A stretch of 64,000 bases of DNA from an uncultured Acidobacteriota bacterium (GTDB taxonomy: Bacteria; Acidobacteriota; UBA6911; RPQK01; JAPXNP01), in assembly GCA_963777605.1 (NCBI GenBank), contig CAVZRV010000011.1, forward strand, positions 15,269 through 79,268, read 5' to 3'. Position numbers and translations under genes: made by a program. The notes beneath the pieces were generated by a model, which saw only the letters and a program-made list of their open reading frames with translations, was not told where the DNA came from and ran no database searches. Numbering within the stretch: position 1 is the first letter of the stretch; every line of letters begins with the position of its first letter. Shown one piece after another: positions 58,618-64,000 of the stretch.

Positions 58618-59280
58618 TCAGACGAGTCTGTGCTCGACCGCGTAGCGAATCAATGCCGCATCATTCTTGACACCAAGCTTGTCCAGGATGCGGGTCCGGT
58701 AAGAACTGATCGTCTGGGGACTCAAGAACAGTGTTTCGGCGATGGTAGCCCGCTTCTTCCCCTGGGAGATCAGGCTGAGTACCTGCGTCTCCCGCGAGGA
58801 AAGCGTCGGCTGAGCTTCCATCCCCGACCCGAGTTTAAACAGCAGTGTTTGAGCAACCTCAGGGCTGACGAAACAGTGCCCGGAGAGGGTTCTTCGGAGA
58901 GCCTGCACGAGGTGGTGAGGCGTACTCTGCCTTCCCAGATAGCCTGTCACATGGGCTCGAATCACGGCCATTGCGTCATGGTCTGAGGGAGAGGAGTTGA
59001 GGACCAGCAGAGGCAAATCGGGCTTTTCCGCCCGAATCTGCTCAATAAGGTTAAGCCCAAATCCGGAAGCCGTGTCGTAAATCAGGAAAACCAGGTCGAT
59101 CGAGTCTTCCCTGATCCGGTTGAGGACCGCTCCCGCACTTCCGGCGTGGTGATGTTCGTCGATCTGATAGCCTGCCCGGCTGATCAAAGAAGCCAGTGCA
59201 GACCGAACCAGAGGGAATGCACCGGCGATGAGTATCTGTTGGTTGTCTTTCGATCTATTCACTTCAGTCTCCTTCCCCAT
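58618..59280 (-). CDS. LuxR/NarL-type regulator with a degenerate (pseudo-)receiver domain
   Basis: The C-terminal HTH is LSSRETQVLSLISQGKKRATIAETLFLSPQTISSYRTRILDKLGV. In the receiver, ILIAGAFPLVR replaces the usual ILIVDDHPLVR, and GYLGRQ replaces the conserved Lys context. Confidence 0.8.
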   Translation of the reverse strand: MGKETEVNRSKDNQQILIAGAFPLVRSALASLISRAGYQIDEHHHAGSAGAVLNRIREDSIDLVFLIYDTASGFGLNLIEQIRAEKPDLPLLVLNSSPSDHDAMAVIRAHVTGYLGRQSTPHHLVQALRRTLSGHCFVSPEVAQTLLFKLGSGMEAQPTLSSRETQVLSLISQGKKRATIAETLFLSPQTISSYRTRILDKLGVKNDAALIRYAVEHRLV

Positions 59281-59329
59281 CAGGAACACCTTGTAAGGCA
59301 TCCCAGGTGAAGGTCCGACTCCCCGCAGT

Positions 59330-59680
59330 TCACGCTGGCTGCCCAGCCGTGACGGAAACCGGGACCAGATCTTCTTCAAATTCCGCGGAAACCGTTCCCC
59401 CGTCGGCGAACACCTCGTAGAGAAGCCACTGCTCGACCTGGTTTCCCGGCTCGTCCGAATTCGGGATCCAGACCCCGTCGATAATCCAGCGATCGACCAC
59501 CATGCCCTGGTGGCGGGTCTGTCGGCTGAGCACGCGTTCGCCCATCGAAAAACGGAAGTTCCTGTCCACGCCCTTGTCCTTTGTGTCCATGCCTGTTCCC
59601 ATGACCTCTCGCATTAGTCCTTCACCCCGTCGCTCCCCAAAGGCCGGTGGAGGACGTCTGCTCCTCCCAACTGCCGGCAC
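59330..59680 (-). CDS. Hypothetical small protein (start uncertain)
   Basis: The ORF lies upstream of and co-directional with the LuxR-type gene. Plausible coding text is FRFSMGERVLSRQTRHQGMVVDRWIIDGVWIPNSDEPGNQVEQWLLYEVFADGG. I recognise no family. Confidence 0.35.
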   Translation of the reverse strand: MPAVGRSRRPPPAFGERRGEGLMREVMGTGMDTKDKGVDRNFRFSMGERVLSRQTRHQGMVVDRWIIDGVWIPNSDEPGNQVEQWLLYEVFADGGTVSAEFEEDLVPVSVTAGQPA

Positions 59681-59877
59681 CCCATATCCAGCGGGGCTAA
59701 GTCTGACTTAATATCCTCGGAAATGAACAGGCAATGCACAATCCGTCGGGAACGGAATTCAAGGTAGGGAAAATCCTTAGATTTACGATGGTTGATTTGA
59801 GCCCAACGATTTCAAATTCAGATTACGATCCACGATTCTTGTGGCATTCCTTGGTTATCTGATCGGGGAGAGTTTCG

Positions 59878-60090
59878 ATGAATCGACATCCGGGAATGGG
59901 CCACGCAAGAGGAATCGCTCCAGCCGGGAATTTCGGCTACTGTTCTTACGGGGGATACCGGGAAACGAAGGCCAGGGCAACCGGTTTCTTCCGGGTGGAG
60001 CAAACCGACGGCAGGTGGTGGCTCGTCGATCCGGACGGACACCGTTTTCTGTCGGTCTGCGTGCTCGGACTCGGTTCGCCCGGTTACTCA
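59878..60090 (+). pseudogene. N-terminal fragment of a glycoside-hydrolase-like gene
   Basis: GFFRVEQTDGRWWLVDPDGHRFLSV is the common N-terminal strand motif of several GH families. The text degenerates after ~70 codons and the ORF runs into the opposite-strand BlaI-like gene. Confidence 0.4.
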
Positions 60091-60228
60091 ACACAGACAG
60101 CGCAGCGCAGCGATTACTTTGCCGCCCTGCCGCAGGTACGATCCAAACCACCTGAGCCTGGGCATGCGTTTCGGCGGCCAGCCGCCCGACTACCAACTGA
60201 GCGATTCGTTCTAGGCGAAACCAAAGGG

Positions 60229-60588
60229 TTACCTCGCCTGCATCGTCGAGAGAAGGTGTTCTGCCTCCTCGCAGGTGAGAATCTTTTCGTCCAGCAGGGT
60301 TTGGACGAGCGCTGCAGCAGAGCCCCGGTAGGCTCGTTCTACAACGAACTTCAGGGTTGAACGCTGGGCCTGCTCCCGGGTCAGTTCCGCTGTGTAGAGT
60401 CGCGTGTTGGCTCGAAGCCTGGAATCGAGCACCCCTTTTCGAGTGAGTCGAACCATGATCGTCTGGACCGTCTGGTAGGCCCAGTTCGTCTTTGGTTCCA
60501 CGACCTCGAGGACATCCCGCACGCTGCTCTCAACGGGCCGGTCCCAGACTGCATTCATCACCACCCACTCGGCATCAGAAAGCCGCAT
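60229..60588 (-). CDS. BlaI/MecI/CopY family winged-helix repressor
   Basis: AAGGAGAGAGTG precedes ATG 60588. The product reads MRLSDAEWVVMNAVWDRPVESSVRDVLEVVEPKTNWAYQTVQTIMVRLTRKGVL. Confidence 0.8.
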   Translation of the reverse strand: MRLSDAEWVVMNAVWDRPVESSVRDVLEVVEPKTNWAYQTVQTIMVRLTRKGVLDSRLRANTRLYTAELTREQAQRSTLKFVVERAYRGSAAALVQTLLDEKILTCEEAEHLLSTMQAR

Positions 60589-60691
60589 CACTCTCTCCTT
60601 GTCAGTCGTACCGAATACCACTGCACGTCGGACACAATTCAGAAGGCTCAACAGCACTCACGGGAATCAGCGGTAATTATTGTGTCTGAGA

Positions 60692-60708
60692 TTGAACTGA
60701 ATGTTCAA
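60692..60708. promoter_or_regulatory. Palindrome TTGAAC-N5-GTTCAA upstream of the BlaI-like gene
   Basis: It is a perfect 6-bp inverted repeat ~105 nt upstream of ATG 60588. It may be an operator or a -35 element. Confidence 0.3.
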
Positions 60709-61009
60709 CAGAAAACAGCCAGGAACCAGGTATTGGCATTCTTCCGACAGCTGGGACAGGAGATCGAACGGACCCGGAGGTGGGTCATTTTGACTCGTGC
60801 GGTGCCCGAATCGGGACCACCGAAATGAGCTTCATCGTCTCAACTCGTGGCGAAATTCCATAAATCATTCAGGATCAGCGAAATTAGAGGATCCCCGATG
60901 AATCTGGAACGAAATTTGCGTTTCCATTTTATGCAAGTTAGAAGAATATTAAAAAGATACACATCTGGTAATGTCTACTCAACTGAACGAAGCTCACGTG
61001 GGAGTACCG

Positions 61010-62401
61010 ATGCAAGCTCATCGAAAGTACCTTTTCGACTCCTTTCCGCAAAGTTTCCGTTTGGTCAAAGCTCTTCCAATGGTCTTTGTCCCGGCAGTTC
61101 TGCTGTTCGTCTCGTTTGATACGGGCCTCGCCCGGCAGGCTGGAGGGCAAATTCAGATACCCGCAGACGGCTCCTGTGTTTCGTCAGAATGTCATCTCCA
61201 GATCAGCAAATTCACGAACCGCCACGCGGTAGTCGATGACTGTGTTTCGTGTCATGTAGAGACCGGCAAAGGACATTCGTTCGAACCGGTTTCCGATGTC
61301 GCCGCGCTTTGCACACAGTGCCACAGCGAATTGACAGCGCAGCCTGTCGTCCACCCTCCGGCCACCGATGACTGCACTGTCTGTCACCAGCCGCACGGGT
61401 CCGATGCACCCAAGCTTCTGGTCGATTCCAACGTCGGGCAACTCTGCTTCTCCTGCCACGACTCAGAAATTGTCGAGAAACCTTACAAACATGGCCCGGC
61501 GGCGGCTGGAGCCTGCACGGTCTGTCACGATCCTCACTCGGCGCCTGAGAATAGTCTCGTGCGCGCACCCGTCGTCACACTGTGCGAGGGTTGCCACGTT
61601 GACATGGCGGAGCAACTGGCTGCGGCGTCTGACGTCCATGACCCGGTGACCTCAGACTGCACGCTCTGTCACGATCCCCACAGCGGCCCCGAGCCTCGGA
61701 TGATCGCTTCGAACGGAAGGAGGCTGTGCGAGACCTGTCACGTCTCCCTTGCCAGAGCGGCCGACCAGGCTGCAGTGAAACACTCCCCGGTGGAAGGCCC
61801 GGACGGCTGCCCTCGATGTCACCAACCCCACGCCTCCAACGCGGCTCCGCTGCTGAAACAGTCGGAGATGGACCTGTGCCTGAGCTGCCACAACCGCCCT
61901 CTGCCCGAGGCTTCTCCGGAACTCGTCGACATGAAGGACCTGCTCGCCAGAAACCAGAACTGGCATGGTCCGATCACTGAAGGGAGTTGCGTCGGCTGCC
62001 ACGAGGTACACGGGGGAGAGCATTTCAGGCTTCTCGTCGACTCCTACCCGGCACGCTTTTACAGCGCCTTTGCGACCGAAAACTACGCTCTCTGCTTTGA
62101 ATGTCACGAGGAAGCTGCAATCACCGAGCAGTACACGACGTCACTGACAGGTTTCCGCGACGGAGATCTGAACCTGCACTACGTCCACGTCCGGAAGGAG
62201 CGCCGGGGAAGGACCTGCCGGGCCTGCCACGAAGTGCACGCCAGCCGCCAACCTCTGCATCTCAGAGACTCCGTGCCCTACGGAAGCTGGAACCTCCCGA
62301 TCGGATTCCAGAAGAACGAAAACGGGGGCTCCTGCAGCCCCGGTTGCCACGAGCCGCTTCCCTACAATCGCGACAGCAAACCACAACGGACTGCCAGGTG
62401 A
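61010..62401 (+). CDS. Multiheme c-type cytochrome (13 CxxCH plus CX4CH and CX3CH variants; paired CxxCH...PH pattern)
   Basis: GGGAG lies 5 nt upstream of ATG 61010. The motifs are CVSCH, CTQCH, CTVCH, CFSCH, CTVCH, CEGCH, CTLCH, CETCH, CPRCH, CLSCH, CVGCH, CFECH and CRACH, plus CVSSECH and CSPGCH. An N-terminal hydrophobic anchor is present. Confidence 0.85.
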   Translation: MQAHRKYLFDSFPQSFRLVKALPMVFVPAVLLFVSFDTGLARQAGGQIQIPADGSCVSSECHLQISKFTNRHAVVDDCVSCHVETGKGHSFEPVSDVAALCTQCHSELTAQPVVHPPATDDCTVCHQPHGSDAPKLLVDSNVGQLCFSCHDSEIVEKPYKHGPAAAGACTVCHDPHSAPENSLVRAPVVTLCEGCHVDMAEQLAAASDVHDPVTSDCTLCHDPHSGPEPRMIASNGRRLCETCHVSLARAADQAAVKHSPVEGPDGCPRCHQPHASNAAPLLKQSEMDLCLSCHNRPLPEASPELVDMKDLLARNQNWHGPITEGSCVGCHEVHGGEHFRLLVDSYPARFYSAFATENYALCFECHEEAAITEQYTTSLTGFRDGDLNLHYVHVRKERRGRTCRACHEVHASRQPLHLRDSVPYGSWNLPIGFQKNENGGSCSPGCHEPLPYNRDSKPQRTAR

Positions 62402-62404
62402 CCG

Positions 62405-63430
62405 GTGATGTGGATGGCGTTCTCTAGTGTCTTCAATGCGTCACTCCTGCTGACCCTGGTGTTGCCGCCAGCAGGCTTTCGGCAGATCCAGGCAGGGGAC
62501 CCAGTCCCCCCGTTTTCCCTGCAGAAGCCCGATGGAAAGATTTGGAACTACCCCCTCTCTGCTGCCGATTCGTCGAAGGTCCTGATCATCGCTTTCTGGC
62601 GCCCGGAACAGGACCGCTCGGCCTCGCTACTCGAGGACCTGCAACGGCTCTCCGGTGACGAAGGCGCCGCGAGTGTCCGCATCGTAGCGATCTGTTCGGG
62701 ACCGGAATGCCCAAAGGAGGCAAAGGTTGAAGTGGACGGCAGATCCTTCCCCTACCCCGTCTTCCTCGATCCCAACCGGAGCGTCTACGGGATGTTCGGC
62801 GTCGTGGTAACCCCGTCAGTTGGATTCATCGATTCCGCCGGCATTCTGCGTTTCGACTATGCCGGTTACCGGCGCGACTTTCTGACTACCGCCCGGGCCC
62901 ATCGTGACCGGCTACTGGGAATGATCACCGCCGAGGAACACGAACTCAGAACGAACGGCGAACATGCAGCCGTTCCTGAGGTTGTGGCCGGGAAGGCGCT
63001 GGTCCGACTGGCGCTGAGGAGTCTTCGGGAAGGGAGTCCCGAAGTTGCCGAAGAACAGCTTCTAAAAGCCTGGAACGCGAATCCGCCCAACCGGGAAGCC
63101 GGAGCTGCACTTGCCTTTCTCCTCCTGGAACAGGGGCGAAACGACGAGACAATTGAAGTTTCGAACCGCCTCCTCGGGGCCTTTGCCGACGACCCGGAAG
63201 CCCTCGGAGCAAAGGGTTTGGCAATGATTCGAACCGGCCGGTCCGGCGAAGGGGAACTCATGCTAAATCGAGCGGTCGATGAAGGAGCCGGCAACTGGCA
63301 AATCCTCCACGAAGCAGGCTTGTTGGCAGAAAAGGAGGGCAAATACCAGAAGGCGGCAGGACATTTCCGGGAAGCCCTGGAACAACTCATTCAGCAACGA
63401 GGCCGGACTGAACCTCCGGAAAATCAATGA
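62405..63430 (+). CDS. TlpA/redoxin-like thioredoxin-fold domain (active-site Cys absent) fused to TPR repeats
   Basis: PVPPFSLQKPDGKIW...KVLIIAFWRPEQDRSASLLEDL occupies the position where FWAxWCxPC is expected. The C-terminal half has TPR-like repeats (ALRSLREGSPEVAEEQLLKAWNANP...). Confidence 0.7.
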   Translation: MMWMAFSSVFNASLLLTLVLPPAGFRQIQAGDPVPPFSLQKPDGKIWNYPLSAADSSKVLIIAFWRPEQDRSASLLEDLQRLSGDEGAASVRIVAICSGPECPKEAKVEVDGRSFPYPVFLDPNRSVYGMFGVVVTPSVGFIDSAGILRFDYAGYRRDFLTTARAHRDRLLGMITAEEHELRTNGEHAAVPEVVAGKALVRLALRSLREGSPEVAEEQLLKAWNANPPNREAGAALAFLLLEQGRNDETIEVSNRLLGAFADDPEALGAKGLAMIRTGRSGEGELMLNRAVDEGAGNWQILHEAGLLAEKEGKYQKAAGHFREALEQLIQQRGRTEPPENQ

Positions 63431-63528
63431 TGTGCGAGAAATCGATGTGGGGCGTTGGAACGTGTTTCGAAGGCGTTCCAATTCCGATGCCTCAAACCAG
63501 TGGAACGCCGGGAAAAAGGAGGGAATCT

Positions 63529-64000
63529 ATGCCGATGGAAGGAAAATGGCCTTCTCGTCTTGTACTTGCAATGACGATCATGCTGGCAATCTCCACCTAC
63601 GGGGTCGCCCAGATCACCGGAAGTGCGCATGACTTCTCCAGCCGGAGCTGGAACAGCACCAACGAGATCTGCGTCGTTTGCCACACGCCCCATAATGCGG
63701 ATACCAGCGTGACCGATGCACCGCTCTGGAACCACCAGGTCACGAATGCGACGTTCACGGTCTATTCGGCTGCAACCCTTGACGCAGTCGTCGGCCAACC
63801 GGACGGCGCATCCAAGCTCTGCCTCTCCTGCCATGACGGGACCATCGCCGTGGACAATTTCGGGGGAGCAACCGACGGGACGCACTTCATCGAGGGGCGA
63901 TACAGTGTCGGCACCGACCTGAGCAACGACCACCCCGTCTCGTTCACGTACGACAGTGCCCTGGCCAATGACGACGGTGGACTCTTCGACCCATCGTCCG
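63529..64000 (+). CDS. Second multiheme cytochrome c, 3'-truncated by the window edge
   Basis: AAAGGAGGG lies upstream of ATG 63529. It has a signal peptide followed by GSAHDFSSRSWNSTNEICVVCHTPHNA...PLWNH...LCLSCHDGT. The frame is open to position 64000. Confidence 0.75.
   Translation, partial: MPMEGKWPSRLVLAMTIMLAISTYGVAQITGSAHDFSSRSWNSTNEICVVCHTPHNADTSVTDAPLWNHQVTNATFTVYSAATLDAVVGQPDGASKLCLSCHDGTIAVDNFGGATDGTHFIEGRYSVGTDLSNDHPVSFTYDSALANDDGGLFDPSS

Noticed and set aside
1-64000. CRISPR arrays, tRNA/rRNA genes, tandem repeats and programmed ribosomal frameshift sites at the frame breaks
   Set aside because: Visual scanning of the ORF-free gaps found no direct-repeat/spacer periodicity, no T-loop-like GGTTCGAATCC motifs and no 16S/23S-like stretches. 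None of the frame-break sites has an X XXY YYZ slippery heptamer plus a downstream structure, so programmed frameshifting is not supported.

Overview
This is a 64-kb window of a high-GC bacterial chromosome. The gene content suggests Acidobacteriota or a similar soil heterotroph: many glycoside hydrolases, Tat-signal Gfo/Idh/MocA + DUF1080 + TIM-barrel sets, a TonB-dependent receptor barrel, a two-gene egtB-egtD set and multiheme cytochromes. That assignment is inference only. I see about 45 credible protein genes and no rRNA, tRNA or CRISPR array. Most of the window is ordinary carbohydrate and redox housekeeping.

Five things stand out:
- (1) A minus-strand block at 40.6-50.5 kb is built around a 1132-aa HerA/FtsK-type P-loop NTPase. 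Its partners are a 2-TM protein, an OmpA-like protein without an export signal, a 70-aa glycine-zipper miniprotein and a ~1450-aa secreted HExxH protein. It abuts a truncated zf-UBP gene, and I cannot match it to any named secretion, conjugation or defence system.
- (2) A three-gene plus-strand cassette at 27.86-31.3 kb lies next to a decayed rve-integrase remnant. It encodes a metallophosphoesterase, an unassignable protein with a central glycine-zipper segment and a G8 tract in its 5' end, and a small basic-tailed protein.
- (3) An AhpD/CMD-family gene has an in-frame TGA exactly at the second Cys of its CxxC motif, followed by a hairpin. This is a candidate selenoprotein.
- (4) There are about 10-11 single-nucleotide frame breaks in otherwise good genes, several of them at homopolymers. 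This could be assembly error or real decay.
- (5) There are several true gene remnants: a plug-less TBDR, and Gfo/Idh/MocA, beta-lactamase-like, GH-like and zf-UBP fragments.

All family calls come from motif recognition by eye. No searches were run.
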